DNA of 64,000 bases from a bacterium (GTDB lineage Bacteria; Patescibacteriota; CPR2; UBA1875; JAJYID01), in assembly GCA_021787535.1 (NCBI GenBank), contig JAJYLR010000001.1, positions 211,648 through 275,647 on the forward strand. The letters are read 5' to 3'. Below the pieces are notes generated by a model. That model was not told the DNA's origin, made no database searches, and saw only the letters and a program-made list of their open reading frames with translations. This document shows, piece after piece, positions 45,697-58,244 of this stretch. Each line of letters opens with the position of its first letter. Within the stretch, counting starts at the first letter, position 1. The position numbers and the translations under genes were made by a program.

Positions 45697-48492
45697 ATGG
45701 CGGACGAAGAAAGACAAGAAAATTTGAATAACATAGGCAAAATCGAACCTCGTGACATTAACGACGAGATGCAGGAGAGCTATCTTGACTATGCCATGAG
45801 CGTGATTGTGGCTCGGGCTCTGCCTGACGTGCGAGACGGGTTAAAGCCGGTACATCGCCGAATTTTGTATGCCATGGACAAGCTCGGGGTTCGCTCGACT
45901 GCCAGGTATAAGAAGTCGGCAAACATTGTCGGTGAAGTTTTGGGTAAATATCATCCTCATGGCGATACGGCTGTTTATGACAGTATGGTTAGAATGGCGC
46001 AGGAGTGGAGCACGAGATATTTGCTTGTTGACGGCCAGGGAAATTTCGGTTCCATGGATGGTGACTCTGCCGCCGCTTACCGATATACGGAAGCAAAGAT
46101 GACAAAGGTTTCAGAGGAGCTTTTGGCTGACATTGATAAAGATACGGTTGACTTTGTGCCCAACTACGACGGGTCGCAGAAAGAGCCGCAAGTGCTGCCG
46201 GCAAAGGTGCCAAATCTTCTTTTGAACGGTCAGATCGGCATTGCTGTCGGCATGGCTACCGCTATTCCGCCGCACAACTTGGCAGAGCTTGTCGGGGCAA
46301 CGGCCGAACTCATTGATAATCCGGAAGCTACGGTTGAGGATTTATTAAGGCATGTCAAAGGTCCTGACTTTCCGACAGGCGGCATTATTTATAACGCAGA
46401 AGAGATCAAAAATGCCTACGCTACCGGACGGGGCAAAATAGTCGTCAGAGCTGTGGCCGAAATTGAAGAAAAGAAAAAAGGCGGCTTTCGAATCGTGGTC
46501 ACGGAAGTTCCGTATATGGTAAATAAGGCCACATTAATTGAAAAAATCGCTTCACTTGTCAAAGAAAAGAAAATTATCGGTATCAGCGATCTTCGCGATG
46601 AGTCGGATCGTAAAGGTGTCCGGGTTGTTGTGGAACTCAAAAAAGACGCTCATCCAAATAAAATCTTGAACCAACTCTTCAAAATGACGCAGATGCAGTC
46701 GGCCTTTCATGTCAACATGATCGCGCTGATCGACGGTATCCAGCCGAGGGTTCTGACGCTCAAAAATGTATTGGAAGAGTTTATAAAACACAGATTTGAA
46801 GTTGTCACTCGCCGGACTGAGTTTGAGCTGGCCAAAGCAAAAGCACGCGCTCATATCCTTGAAGGACTTTTGATTGCCCTTAAAAATATCGATGCTGTTA
46901 TCGAAACGATTAAAAAATCCAAAGATAAAGAAGTCGCCAAAGTGAATTTGATGAAGAGGTTCAAGCTGACGGAAATTCAAGCCCAGGCAATTCTGGATAT
47001 GCGGCTGCAGACACTGGCCGGGCTCGAGCGCCAGAAAATCCAGGACGAGTACGACGAACTTCAAAAATTAATCGCAAAACTTGAAGACCTACTGGCCCAT
47101 CCGAAAAAGATTTACGCTGTCATTAAGGACGAGCTCGCTGAAATGAAGGAAAAATACGGTGATGAGAGAAGGACTAAAGTGATTGAAGCCGGTATCGGCG
47201 AGTTTTCAGACAAAGACCTGATACCAAACGATGAGATGATTGTGACTATGACCAAGGGCAACTATATCAAAAGAATTCCGGTCACTACTTATCGGGTGCA
47301 AAACCGAGGCGGTAAAGGCGTAGTTGGCATGAAAACCAAAGAGGAAGACATCGTAACCCACATGATTTATACGCAGAATCACGATAATATGCTTTTCTTT
47401 ACGAACAAAGGCCGAGTGCTTCAGACGCTTGTTTATGAACTTCCGGAAGCTTCAAGGATTGCCAAAGGCCAGCCGGTAGTTAATGTTCTCCAGCTTGCTC
47501 CCGAGGAAGTGGTGACGGCGATTATTAATGATCCGGAGAAGCAAACCGGCAAATACTTAATGATGGCGACGAAAAAGGGGACTATCAAAAAGACCCCTAT
47601 GGAAAACTTTGTCAATATCAGAAAGAGCGGAATCATAGCCATAAATCTCGATAAAAATGACGAACTTAAGTGGGTCGAAATGACTGACGGTGATAGCGAC
47701 ATTATTATGGCTACCAAAAACTCACTGGCTATCAGATTTAACGAGAAAGATGTGCGTCCGATGGGCCGGGCTGCCCGTGGTGTCCGCGGCATTAAGCTAA
47801 AAGGCGGTGATGAAGTGGTCGGTATGGATAAGATCGTACCGGGTGGAGAGCTTCTGGTTGTGATGGAAAATGGCTACGGAAAGCGGACCAAGCTTGAGCA
47901 ATTTACACCGCACAGGCGAGGCGGTATCGGTATCAAAGCCGGAGTGGTGACTAAGAAAACCGGCTCTACTGTTGATGTTCGAGTCATTTCAAATGACCAG
48001 GGCGATCTTGTCATTGTATCTTCTCATGGTGTGGTTATAAGGACTCCGCTTGCCAATATTTCAAAGATCGGCAGAGCTACCCAAGGGGTGAGAATTATGC
48101 GCATCGATGATGGAGACAAGGTAGCGTCTGTAGCATCTATTGTGTCCAAAGAAGACGAGGATAATAACGGACAGCAGCAGATCCCTCTGGATAATGCTCC
48201 ACAAGACAAACCAAAGAGAACTCTGACACAAAAGAAAATTGCCAAAAACAATTCTCAAAAATCTGCCAAAACTGTTGCTAAAAAATCGGCAACCAAAAAA
48301 TCAGCCACACAAAAAGCGATGTTCAAGAACTCTGCCAAACCAAAACCGGCAGTTAAAAAACCTGCAGCCAAGAAACAAAGTTCGGCGCCAAAAGGCCAGT
48401 CAGTTGCTTTCAAAAAGACTGCTGTGAAACCTGCAAAAAAGTCCAAAAAAGCACCGGCAGGTTTTAAGAGAATGCAGGTCAGAAAGAAATAG
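45697..48492 (+). CDS. gyrA: DNA gyrase subunit A with basic C-terminal tail
   Basis: [26 protein letters not shown], GyrA-box QNRGGKG. Confidence 0.98.
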   Translation: MADEERQENLNNIGKIEPRDINDEMQESYLDYAMSVIVARALPDVRDGLKPVHRRILYAMDKLGVRSTARYKKSANIVGEVLGKYHPHGDTAVYDSMVRMAQEWSTRYLLVDGQGNFGSMDGDSAAAYRYTEAKMTKVSEELLADIDKDTVDFVPNYDGSQKEPQVLPAKVPNLLLNGQIGIAVGMATAIPPHNLAELVGATAELIDNPEATVEDLLRHVKGPDFPTGGIIYNAEEIKNAYATGRGKIVVRAVAEIEEKKKGGFRIVVTEVPYMVNKATLIEKIASLVKEKKIIGISDLRDESDRKGVRVVVELKKDAHPNKILNQLFKMTQMQSAFHVNMIALIDGIQPRVLTLKNVLEEFIKHRFEVVTRRTEFELAKAKARAHILEGLLIALKNIDAVIETIKKSKDKEVAKVNLMKRFKLTEIQAQAILDMRLQTLAGLERQKIQDEYDELQKLIAKLEDLLAHPKKIYAVIKDELAEMKEKYGDERRTKVIEAGIGEFSDKDLIPNDEMIVTMTKGNYIKRIPVTTYRVQNRGGKGVVGMKTKEEDIVTHMIYTQNHDNMLFFTNKGRVLQTLVYELPEASRIAKGQPVVNVLQLAPEEVVTAIINDPEKQTGKYLMMATKKGTIKKTPMENFVNIRKSGIIAINLDKNDELKWVEMTDGDSDIIMATKNSLAIRFNEKDVRPMGRAARGVRGIKLKGGDEVVGMDKIVPGGELLVVMENGYGKRTKLEQFTPHRRGGIGIKAGVVTKKTGSTVDVRVISNDQGDLVIVSSHGVVIRTPLANISKIGRATQGVRIMRIDDGDKVASVASIVSKEDEDNNGQQQIPLDNAPQDKPKRTLTQKKIAKNNSQKSAKTVAKKSATKKSATQKAMFKNSAKPKPAVKKPAAKKQSSAPKGQSVAFKKTAVKPAKKSKKAPAGFKRMQVRKK

Positions 48493-48597
48493 GAGAACGA
48501 TAGAATTATTGGAATTGTTGGTAGTATTAAAATGAGTAACAAACGATTCCAACAAGCGGAGCGATTCAACATTTTCCATATTCTTTAAAAATTTTTC

Positions 48598-48626
48598 TTG
48601 ACTTTTCTTCGGAGCTTTTTTATTAT
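48598..48626 (+). promoter_or_regulatory. Sigma70 promoter driving a long structured leader
   Basis: TTGACT-17 nt-TATTAT. Confidence 0.6.
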
Positions 48627-48750
48627 CGAAATACTTACACTTCTTTGGGCAAGCGTTCAAGGGAGATATAAAATATTAGCTCTCGAAAAAGAGCAGGTAA
48701 AAAAACAAAAATCAAAAAGCCGGTTCTAGCCGGAAAAAAATTAACATTTT

Positions 48751-48997
48751 AGATTTTGGAAGGTGAGGCTAAACTCTATGGGGGCGCCGTTTGCAGTAGT
48801 GGATAGGAATGGTCACCAGGCGTCTATGGGGTAGTCGATTTTGCTTTATTATAAGTAAAATTTGGCAAGCCAGTGGTGAAACCGATCACTTTTCCTCGAG
48901 TTGAATTTGTCTAAAGAATTTCTATTCTTTTTTGACATTTCATTCTGGAGGGAGGGTGATCGGTTTTAGTTTTGTAAAAAATCGAGCTTCCAAATCT
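48751..48997 (+). ncRNA. Candidate structured leader/ncRNA
   Basis: Closing stem agattttggaag/cttccaaatct enclosing several hairpins including the long stem 48879-48966. Confidence 0.45.
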
Positions 48998-49053
48998 TTT
49001 TCAAAACTTTATAAATAATCAAATCAAAACGGAGGGAACTAAGAGAGGAGAAA

Positions 49054-50703
49054 ATGAAGAAACTAAAAAATAAAATTAAAGATCTCAAAAAAGGACTGAC
49101 AATCTTTGCATTTCTCATGTTAGCCATTCAGACAGTTGCAGTGACAGGGGTTCCGGCAAAAACCATGGCAGCAACACCTTCTGTAAAAACAGTGGCTCCA
49201 TCAACCGTTGCCGATCATGTGGTTATCAGTGAAGTGCAAGTCGGTCAGACAGGCATGGCTGATAATGAATTTGTTGAACTTTATAATCCGACAGCAGCGG
49301 ATATTAATCTGCAGGCTAAAAGCTTGGCGCTGCATATTAAAAATAGTACCGGTTCTGATAGCAATAAACCTTTGACCTTCGCAAGCTCTATCATTAAATC
49401 AAATGGATTTTTTCTCATCGCTCCAAATAATTCTTACGCGACAACAATAGGGGCTGATGCGACTTATGCAGACTCCGGCAATATGCTAGTGGCTAACGGT
49501 TCGGTTTCAGTCAGCTATACGGATGGAAATGATATGGTTGGTTGGGGTACTCAGCCTGCAGGGGGATATGAAGGCACAGCTTACGCTCCTACTATTCCGG
49601 CAGACCAAAGCATTGAGAGAAAAGCAAATGCCAGTTCAACTTCTGCGACCATGGCTGTAGGCGGTGCAGATGAGAAGAAAGGCAATGCTTATGATACCGA
49701 TAATAACGCAAATGATTTTGTGGCAAGGGCTATCCCTGATCCGCAGAATTCTGCCAGTCCGATCGAAGACATTATTGCACCGACTGTTACAGTAAACTCA
49801 TTAATTACAAAAAACCAAATGCCTACACTGACAGGCACGGTTACAGATAACGGACAAGTTAAGACATTAGTTGTTGAAGTGAATGGCAAGACTTATAATG
49901 CAGCAATATTAGGTACGACTTGGACTGCTGATGTTACGGATAAATTAGCAGAAGGTACCTATGATGTAATAGCGACTGCGACTGATGCTGGTTATAATAT
50001 TGGATTGGATAATACTAAGGATGAGCTAACAGTTGACACAACTGCTCCGACATTTACAGCTACGACCAATCCGACAGTAGCCGGACCGGGAGTAAAGACA
50101 GTAGATATTACAGTCACCTCAAGCGAAGCGCTTGCCAAAGCACAACTTAATCCTAACGATGGAAAATTATACGAACTAATGCTGACTATTAACGGTGATG
50201 GCGCCCCTACTACGGTTTATCTCAACCATGATGCATCTGATCTGGCAGGCAAGACCTTCACTTATACTTACACAATTCAGTCCATTGCCCAAAATGAAAA
50301 AGTAACCATTGATACTATTGGTGATGACTTAGCCGGCAACGGCGGTGGCGGTCCTGCAATTGGTAATTTCGAGATTAATAATCTCTCACCGGTTACCACA
50401 GCTCCGACTGTCACACCTGCTGTTTCTACAGTAACAACTAACTCAGTGCCGGTTGTCCAGAATGATCAGGTAGGATCAAGTTCTGATCAAAGTGAAGTCA
50501 AAGCAGATAATACGTCAAAACCAAGCAATCAAAACAATTCAGATAACAACACAAACCAGAAAAAGACAGCAACAAAAGATCAGAAAAACGTTCCGCTGTG
50601 GGGAATCATATTCCTGCTGATTTTAGTCGGAATAGGCGGCTATCTCTTCTACTCGCAGAGTCCTGATAAGCCAAGCAAACCTAAGACTATTCGGAAGAAA
50701 TAA
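49054..50703 (+). CDS. Secreted surface protein: lamin-tail domain, Ig-like domains, C-terminal TM anchor
   Basis: Signal peptide; HVVISEV...EFVELYNPT...DMVGWG...SIERK...DTDNNANDF; DTTAP/D.AGN Ig-like repeats; TM plus basic tail. Confidence 0.85.
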   Translation: MKKLKNKIKDLKKGLTIFAFLMLAIQTVAVTGVPAKTMAATPSVKTVAPSTVADHVVISEVQVGQTGMADNEFVELYNPTAADINLQAKSLALHIKNSTGSDSNKPLTFASSIIKSNGFFLIAPNNSYATTIGADATYADSGNMLVANGSVSVSYTDGNDMVGWGTQPAGGYEGTAYAPTIPADQSIERKANASSTSATMAVGGADEKKGNAYDTDNNANDFVARAIPDPQNSASPIEDIIAPTVTVNSLITKNQMPTLTGTVTDNGQVKTLVVEVNGKTYNAAILGTTWTADVTDKLAEGTYDVIATATDAGYNIGLDNTKDELTVDTTAPTFTATTNPTVAGPGVKTVDITVTSSEALAKAQLNPNDGKLYELMLTINGDGAPTTVYLNHDASDLAGKTFTYTYTIQSIAQNEKVTIDTIGDDLAGNGGGGPAIGNFEINNLSPVTTAPTVTPAVSTVTTNSVPVVQNDQVGSSSDQSEVKADNTSKPSNQNNSDNNTNQKKTATKDQKNVPLWGIIFLLILVGIGGYLFYSQSPDKPSKPKTIRKK

Positions 50704-50712
50704 CTCAAAAAT

Positions 50713-50738
50713 AAAAAGACCCGTTTACGGGTCTTTTT
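50713..50738 (+). terminator. Intrinsic terminator
   Basis: aaaaagacccg-ttta-cgggtcttttt. Confidence 0.85.
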
Positions 50739-50745
50739 AAACATG

Positions 50746-50813
50746 GTCACTCTGAACCTGATTCAGAGTCTATACAGATAGAATTTGGATGCCGGATCAA
50801 GTCCGGAATGACA
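50746..50813. repeat. GTCA...ATGACA palindromic element (dimer)
   Basis: gtcactctgaacctgattcagagtc ... gatgccggatcaagtccggaatgaca; variant of 3843-3910 with paired changes. Confidence 0.8.
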
Positions 50814-50875
50814 TAAAGGTAATCCTAATTTTTTCTCGCTTGATTTGATCTTCTCTATAATTTATAATTTTTCCA

Positions 50876-51052
50876 ATGAGCGATAAAGACAAAAAAACTG
50901 AAGAGCACGAGGAAGAGGAAGGCCAGGAGCTATGCCCGAGATGCGGTAATCTGATGATACGAGAAGGTGGAGAGCTTGTCTGTTCTAGTTGCAGCGAGGA
51001 TATAGATTTCTTTGGTGATGACGAGGATGATCCCAGTAAAGATAAAAAATGA
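50876..51052 (+). CDS. Small acidic Zn-ribbon protein (58 aa), absent from the ORF track
   Basis: CPRCG...LVCSSC flanked by acidic stretches; TATAAT 7 nt before ATG; ATGA overlap with next gene. Confidence 0.75.
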   Translation: MSDKDKKTEEHEEEEGQELCPRCGNLMIREGGELVCSSCSEDIDFFGDDEDDPSKDKK

Positions 51053-51450
51053 ATTTTTTAAGCAGAATATTTTCTACAAACTATCTTTTTTCGGTAAATG
51101 AAAAATTTAAATATTGGTATATTTATTTACCTTTCTTTGGGATCCTAGTAGTCTTAGCATTTGCTGTCAATTTATTTCTCAAAAAAAGTGATGATTATAT
51201 CGCTAAGAAATCTTTTGCCAGGCAGTTTTTCTGGGTATATCTTTCTTGGGGAGTGATAGGGTTAGCATTCCTTTTTGCCCGTGCTCAGTATCTGCCGACA
51301 TTCGGATCAAGGTTCTTTCTATTTTTAGTGATCTTCTTCTTCATCCTTTCAAATATCTGGCTGGTGATTTATTACCAAAAATATACAAAAAAAGCACAGT
51401 TGAAACTTGCTGACAAAAAAAGAAAAGAAAAGTGGCTGAAGAAGAGATGA
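51049..51450 (+). CDS. Small membrane protein
   Basis: Three hydrophobic helices, basic C-terminus. Confidence 0.75.
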   Translation: MNFLSRIFSTNYLFSVNEKFKYWYIYLPFFGILVVLAFAVNLFLKKSDDYIAKKSFARQFFWVYLSWGVIGLAFLFARAQYLPTFGSRFFLFLVIFFFILSNIWLVIYYQKYTKKAQLKLADKKRKEKWLKKR

Positions 51451-51539
51451 AGGAGATGTTGAAAATGTGGGAAATGTTAGAGATAAAAACCAACAATTCC
51501 GACAAGTTTAGCGATTCAACAATTCCAACGCTTTAATCC

Positions 51540-51568
51540 TTGACTTATTGATTGTTTTGAACTAACAT
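51540..51568 (+). promoter_or_regulatory. Putative rRNA promoter
   Basis: TTGACT-17 nt-TAACAT upstream of boxA-like aactttgaaaact and the 16S gene. Confidence 0.6.
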
Positions 51569-51746
51569 ATTACAAGCATTTGAATACAAAAAAGGAGGGG
51601 TAACAAATCTGGCAACAGATAAGTGTTGTTTTATGCGTTGAATTCAAAGCAAAAGAACTTTGAAAACTGAAAAGTAGAGAAAACAAAGTCACGTCAATTT
51701 GAACGAGTATCACAACTCAAATTATCAGGAAAGCTTGTCTTTCCAC

Positions 51747-53282
<1,536 letters not shown>

Positions 53283-53536
53283 TAGGGAGATTACCGATTT
53301 ATCGGATTACTTCCAGGTCGAGTCCGTATTTATTACGGGCATGGACTGTGGCATTTTTCTCTACTTTCCAGATTTTCAAGGGTATAAAGAATTGATTTTC
53401 ATGCTAAAAACGGTTAAAATATTGTAGTGAAAAACCGTTTTTTGTTTTGTAAAATTTGAACATTGCCATTGATAATTTGTCTAGCATTCCTCTGCTACCA
53501 AACCAACAAGGATATTCGGATTTTGAATTTCATTTT

Positions 53537-53613
53537 GCGCGTGTAGCTCAGCTGGTTAGAGCGCCACACTGATAATGTGGAGGTCCCTGGTTCAAGTCCA
53601 GGCACGCGCACCA
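53537..53613 (+). tRNA. tRNA-Ile(GAT)
   Basis: gcgcgtg/cacgcgc acceptor stem, ccaca-ctGATaa-tgtgg, CCA. Confidence 0.96.
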
Positions 53614-53642
53614 TATCTAACATTTAAGATATAGGAGATGAG

Positions 53643-53882
53643 ATGGCATTATTACTAAGAATTGTCGTAAGTTTAGTGGTAATATTTATTGGAGTTGTTT
53701 TGCTTGCGAGGTCATATAAAGTTGTACATATGATCGGGACTAACAACTGGGCTGAACAGCATCTGGGATCGGGTGGAAGCTATACACTAGTAAAGCTCAT
53801 TGGTCTAGTATTTATCATTTTGGCTTTGCTGACAATGTTTGGTATCATTAAACCTTTTGACATAATATTTCCAAGCAAATAG
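53643..53882 (+). CDS. Small two-TM membrane protein between tRNA-Ile and tRNA-Ala
   Basis: AGGAG SD; two hydrophobic helices flanking WAEQHLGSGG. Confidence 0.75.
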   Translation: MALLLRIVVSLVVIFIGVVLLARSYKVVHMIGTNNWAEQHLGSGGSYTLVKLIGLVFIILALLTMFGIIKPFDIIFPSK

Positions 53883-53912
53883 AGACTAAAGTAATTTCAT
53901 TATTGAATTTAT

Positions 53913-53989
53913 GGGCCCGTAGCTCAGTTGGCTAGAGCGCCTCGTTTGCACCGAGGAGGTCGCAGGTTCGATTCCTGTCGGGTCCACCA
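53913..53989 (+). tRNA. tRNA-Ala(TGC)
   Basis: gggcccg/cgggtcc stem with G3:U70, cctcg-ttTGCac-cgagg, CCA. Confidence 0.96.
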
Positions 53990-54044
53990 AGTAATTATTT
54001 TATAAAAATGGCTTGATAGCCTTTTTTATATTAACTAAATTGAT

Positions 54045-55859
54045 ATGAATTTACGAAACGTAGCAATTATAGCTCACGTTGACCATGGCAAGACTACGCT
54101 TGTCGATGGTCTTTTAAAGCAGTCGAAAACCTTTCGCGAAAACGAGGCGGCTTTTTCTCAGGAGTTGATAATGGATTCAAACGATCAGGAGCGCGAACGC
54201 GGGATTACAATCCTCGCCAAAAACACAGCAGTCAAGTACGGCGACACAAAGATTAACATTATCGACACGCCGGGACACGCTGACTTTGGCGGAGAAGTTG
54301 AGAGAACTTTAAACATGGCAGACGGCGCTATCCTTGTCATTGACGCGCACGAAGGGCCGATGCCGCAAACCAAATTTGTTTTGAAAAAAGCGCTTGAGAT
54401 TGGTTTAAAGCCAATCGTGGTTATCAATAAAATAGACAAACAGAATGCTCAAATCGACAAGGTTATCAGTAAAACCCATGATCTTTTCCTGGATCTTGCC
54501 ACTGATGTCGATCAGCTTGAGTTTCCCATATATTATGCCATCGCCAGAGAAGGAAAAGCTTGGGAAAAGGCGCCTGGAAACATGGGCGAGAAAGCCGATC
54601 TGACTTGCATATTTGAGGCGATAGTAAATCACGTGCCGGCGCCGAAAGTTGAGGAAGGAACATTCCAAATACTCGTCACATCGCTTGAAAGCGACAGCTT
54701 CCAAGGTAAAAATGCTATCGGCAGGATAAAAAGAGGAAGCATTTCGCCCGGTAAAACCATTACATTAATCAAGAAAGACGGTACTACCGAGCAGGCCAGA
54801 GTCGATAAAGTTTATGTGGCCCAGGGCCTCAAAAAAATTGAAGTGTCCGAGGCGCCGGCCGGAGAAATCGTGGCTCTAACCGGGATCAAGAATGCCGGCA
54901 TCGGCGACACGCTGGCAGATAGTGACAATCCGGAAGCATTGCCAACTATTGAAATAGAAGAGCCGACGCTCAAAATGTCAGTTGCCGCCAACACTTCTCC
55001 TTTTGCCGGCAAGGAAGGCCAGTTTGTAACCGGGCGTCAAATTTTGGAGAGGATCAAAAAGGAACTAGAAACAAACGTTTCCTTAAAAATGGAAATGGGA
55101 AATGCCGGCGACTACATATTATCCGGACGCGGCGAACTGCATTTGTCGGTATTTATCGAGACGCTTAGGCGCGAAGGATATGAGCTTGAAGTAGGCAAAC
55201 CCCAGGTGATTACAAAAGAAATAGACGGTGTGAAATGCGAGCCAATGGAAGAACTGACTATTGACGTGGTAACCGAGCACGTCGGTGCGGTGACGGCAGA
55301 GATTGGCAGGCGAAAAGGCGTTCTTCTAAGCCAAGAGGAAAACTCGGACGGCACAACAAGATTGGTATTTGGAATATCTACTCGGGGAATTTTAGGTTTA
55401 AGGAATCAATTACTTACACTTTCCCGTGGAACAGCCATAATGAACTCAATTTTCACCAAGTTTCAGCCGGCCGGAGCCGCTATACCCAAGTTGCGAAACG
55501 GGGTACTTATTGCCAGCGAGTCGGGCAAAGCTGTGGCATATGGGCTAAACAATGCCCAAGGGAGAGGCATAGTTTTTATCAAACCTCAAACTCAGGTGTA
55601 TGAAGGTATGATAGTCGGGCTAAATTCCCGCGAGGGCGACTTGGAAATTAATGTGACCAAAGAAAAGAAGCTGACAAATGTGCGAGCATCAAGTTCTGAT
55701 GAAGCGCTGATCTTGACTCCGCCGACGATATTTACCCTTGAACAATCACTGGATTTCCTGGAGGATGATGAACTCCTTGAAGTAACTCCAAAGAACTTGA
55801 GGCTCCGTAAGAAAATCCTCAACAAAACCGCCAGAAAAAGATCGGGTATGAAAGTTTAG
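54045..55859 (+). CDS. typA: Translational GTPase TypA/BipA
   Basis: [51 protein letters not shown]. Confidence 0.96.
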   Translation: MNLRNVAIIAHVDHGKTTLVDGLLKQSKTFRENEAAFSQELIMDSNDQERERGITILAKNTAVKYGDTKINIIDTPGHADFGGEVERTLNMADGAILVIDAHEGPMPQTKFVLKKALEIGLKPIVVINKIDKQNAQIDKVISKTHDLFLDLATDVDQLEFPIYYAIAREGKAWEKAPGNMGEKADLTCIFEAIVNHVPAPKVEEGTFQILVTSLESDSFQGKNAIGRIKRGSISPGKTITLIKKDGTTEQARVDKVYVAQGLKKIEVSEAPAGEIVALTGIKNAGIGDTLADSDNPEALPTIEIEEPTLKMSVAANTSPFAGKEGQFVTGRQILERIKKELETNVSLKMEMGNAGDYILSGRGELHLSVFIETLRREGYELEVGKPQVITKEIDGVKCEPMEELTIDVVTEHVGAVTAEIGRRKGVLLSQEENSDGTTRLVFGISTRGILGLRNQLLTLSRGTAIMNSIFTKFQPAGAAIPKLRNGVLIASESGKAVAYGLNNAQGRGIVFIKPQTQVYEGMIVGLNSREGDLEINVTKEKKLTNVRASSSDEALILTPPTIFTLEQSLDFLEDDELLEVTPKNLRLRKKILNKTARKRSGMKV

Positions 55860-55917
55860 TAGCTGGGCGCTGGTTAGTAAACTATAGTTTTTGGACAGAG
55901 ATAGGAGGATAATTTCT

Positions 55918-56400
55918 CTACAAAGCCTTTTTTAATTCATCAACCGATTTTCTAACTATATCTAATTGGTTTTGAGTTTTCATTTCTCTTCTCGCATAAT
56001 CCATAATCTCTTTTACTTCTTGCACCTTTCCTTTCCATCGTTTTAGCATCCAGGGGTGCCAAGGGAAAAGCCAGATATGGAAGTGAGAGGTCGAGGTATT
56101 CTCCTCCTGAATAACAGTGACATAAGATATTTTCAGGGCAGAGCGCATCACTTTTCTTAAATCGTGCAAAAATTTTGTTAGCTCTGTCAGTTCAGTGTCG
56201 TTCATTTCATCAATTGAAAGGACGTGCCTCTTTGATGCAATAATTACGAATCCTTCGATCGGATATTCAAGGTCTTGTTCGGCGACAAAGTTGTCTGTTT
56301 CTGCAATCCTTTCGATGGGCAGCTGAATGGTTCCGTTTTGGATCGAGCATGCGATGCAATCAATATTATGTGTTTTTCCTTTTATATCTACGATTTCCAT
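55918..56400 (-). CDS. HIT family protein
   Basis: CIAC N-terminus, KRHV, HFHIW motif. Confidence 0.8.
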   Translation of the reverse strand: MEIVDIKGKTHNIDCIACSIQNGTIQLPIERIAETDNFVAEQDLEYPIEGFVIIASKRHVLSIDEMNDTELTELTKFLHDLRKVMRSALKISYVTVIQEENTSTSHFHIWLFPWHPWMLKRWKGKVQEVKEIMDYARREMKTQNQLDIVRKSVDELKKAL

Positions 56401-56527
56401 ATATATTTACTTTATCATATTGTTCTCGATTTACACTAGAAGGATTCCTGATTTGGGTTGAGGAAATAAAACATAGACAAGAAGCTGGTTTTCGGAAATA
56501 ATTATAGGGTTGAAGGGAGGAAATAAA

Positions 56528-56992
56528 ATGCCATACAAAGTTGATTTTAAAAATGTATCTACGGTTGGCCTAGAGTCTTCACCGGTTGCGGAAGCGCTTG
56601 CCGGACTTAGGGCCAACGAAGCGCGTTATTTCAAGAATAAGTATAACCACGACTTTACTGTTGTGCCGGCCAGCGAAAGCCAGGACGTTATAGATTACGT
56701 GAACAGAATCTTGAAGGAAGAACGTGATATTGTATTTGCCGCCAAACCTCTGGAAACGTCACAGCTTCAAGTGGATAATATCAAGTGGACTCATGTATTT
56801 TATGAAGACGGCCTTGGGGTCAATGTCCTGTATACAATTGACAATCCGAAAAAGCGGGCAGTCGGCTTCAAGCTTTCCGAAGGTATGGAAGTACCGAAGG
56901 AGCTGGAAGGGAAATTCAAATTTGCCAGACAGAAGTCCAAACTGGCCGGAACCATCCGGGGTTCCTTCTTTGTTGTCAAAGGAGAATATTAA
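56528..56992 (+). CDS. Conserved hypothetical protein
   Basis: GGGAGG SD; ALAGLRANEARYF...KRAVGFKLS looks family-like; function unknown. Confidence 0.7.
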   Translation: MPYKVDFKNVSTVGLESSPVAEALAGLRANEARYFKNKYNHDFTVVPASESQDVIDYVNRILKEERDIVFAAKPLETSQLQVDNIKWTHVFYEDGLGVNVLYTIDNPKKRAVGFKLSEGMEVPKELEGKFKFARQKSKLAGTIRGSFFVVKGEY

Positions 56993-57060
56993 GGCCATAG
57001 TCAACTAGCTACTGTGAAAAGCTCGTTCTCGATGGCACTATAAATGGAGATTAACGCAAT

Positions 57061-57088
57061 AAAAGCGGCTCTTTCAAGAGCCGCTTTT
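57061..57088 (+). terminator. Intrinsic terminator
   Basis: aaaagcggctctt-tc-aagagccgctttt. Confidence 0.8.
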
Positions 57089-57170
57089 CCTTTTGTATTT
57101 TTAAACTTTAGAATTGAAAATCGTTAAAATATACGATGTTTTTTATTCAGTAAAGAATAAGATTAAATGC

Positions 57171-57482
57171 ATGGCAAAGATAGATTTCAGCCGGGATAAC
57201 TATAATATGTGCCTTTGCGGAGGCTGTCCGGTGAACTTAAGTTCTAAATGTGTGAAGATTCAGGAAGAAACTTTAGCTCAAGATTTTGAACGAATTGAAA
57301 AGGAGGGCACAATGCCATCCTCAGACAATTTTCCTGGTGTTTACTGTTCCATAGGCAGATCGGCTTGCGGAGATTTAAATAATGAAAGGCGCTGTCTCTG
57401 TCCGGGTTGCGCCGTCTACCTTGAAAACGATCTTAAAAGTTTTAAGTATTGTTTGGAGGGTAGCTCTGAAGAGGTTGGATGA
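57171..57482 (+). CDS. Cys-rich protein, DUF2769-like
   Basis: CxCxxCP...C...YC..G.S.C...CxCxxC.V...YC pattern. Confidence 0.7.
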   Translation: MAKIDFSRDNYNMCLCGGCPVNLSSKCVKIQEETLAQDFERIEKEGTMPSSDNFPGVYCSIGRSACGDLNNERRCLCPGCAVYLENDLKSFKYCLEGSSEEVG

Positions 57483-57871
57483 TGAAAGAAGTTGAACTTA
57501 ATCTAAATAATTATTCAAAATGCATTTGCCCGGAATGTCCTGTGCAGGGAGAAAGCAAATGTGTTTTTGCCAAGAGGGAGAACTGGGCTCGCGAAAGAAA
57601 AGCAGCCGGCAGAATATTAAAAGGATTTCCCGACCATCCGGAGGAATACGATATGGACATGGCCGAGGTCGAAAAAAGTGATTTTGGGAAAAAACAGGGT
57701 TTTCGAAAGCCGCAACCTCAAGAGATGATCGAGTTATATTGTTCTAAGCAAGTTGGTCGATCAAATTGCGCTGACCTTCAAAAAGGTGAAAGCTGCCAGT
57801 GCCCGACTTGCTCTGTTTGGGGATCACACGACTTGAATGACTACTACTTTTGTCTAAAGGATTATCAATGA
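57479..57871 (+). CDS. Cys-rich protein, DUF2769-like (tandem paralogue)
   Basis: CICPECP...C...YC...GRS.C...CQCPTCSV...YFC. Confidence 0.7.
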   Translation: MMKEVELNLNNYSKCICPECPVQGESKCVFAKRENWARERKAAGRILKGFPDHPEEYDMDMAEVEKSDFGKKQGFRKPQPQEMIELYCSKQVGRSNCADLQKGESCQCPTCSVWGSHDLNDYYFCLKDYQ

Positions 57872-58206
57872 TAAAAATGCAGAGAGTTTATGATAAGAAT
57901 CAGGTTGAAGGTCACCGTATTTTAATTGATCGCATATGGCCGAGAGGTATTTCAAAGCAAGAAGCTAATCTCGATTTATGGCTGAAAGACATCGCCCCCT
58001 CTTCTGATTTGCGCAAGTGGTTCGGGCATGATCCTGCTCGATGGGAAGAATTCAAGAAACGGTATTTTTCAGAATTAGACGGGAAGCAAAAGGATATTCA
58101 AGTAATCTTGGATCTAGCGAAAAAAGGAAATGTTGTCTTGCTTTACGCCGCAAAAGATACCGAGTACAACAATGCGGTAGCTCTCAAGGAATACTTAGAC
58201 AAATAA
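57868..58206 (+). CDS. DUF488 (YeaO-like) protein
   Basis: RVYD...[14 protein letters not shown]...[15 protein letters not shown]...NNAVAL. Confidence 0.88.
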   Translation: MIKMQRVYDKNQVEGHRILIDRIWPRGISKQEANLDLWLKDIAPSSDLRKWFGHDPARWEEFKKRYFSELDGKQKDIQVILDLAKKGNVVLLYAAKDTEYNNAVALKEYLDK

Positions 58207-58244
58207 TAATCCAAACTTGAGCTAAACGTGCTATAATTGCCTTT

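Noticed and set aside
56528-56992. Possible prophage gene
   Set aside because: No phage structural, integrase or replication genes nearby; treated as a stand-alone conserved hypothetical
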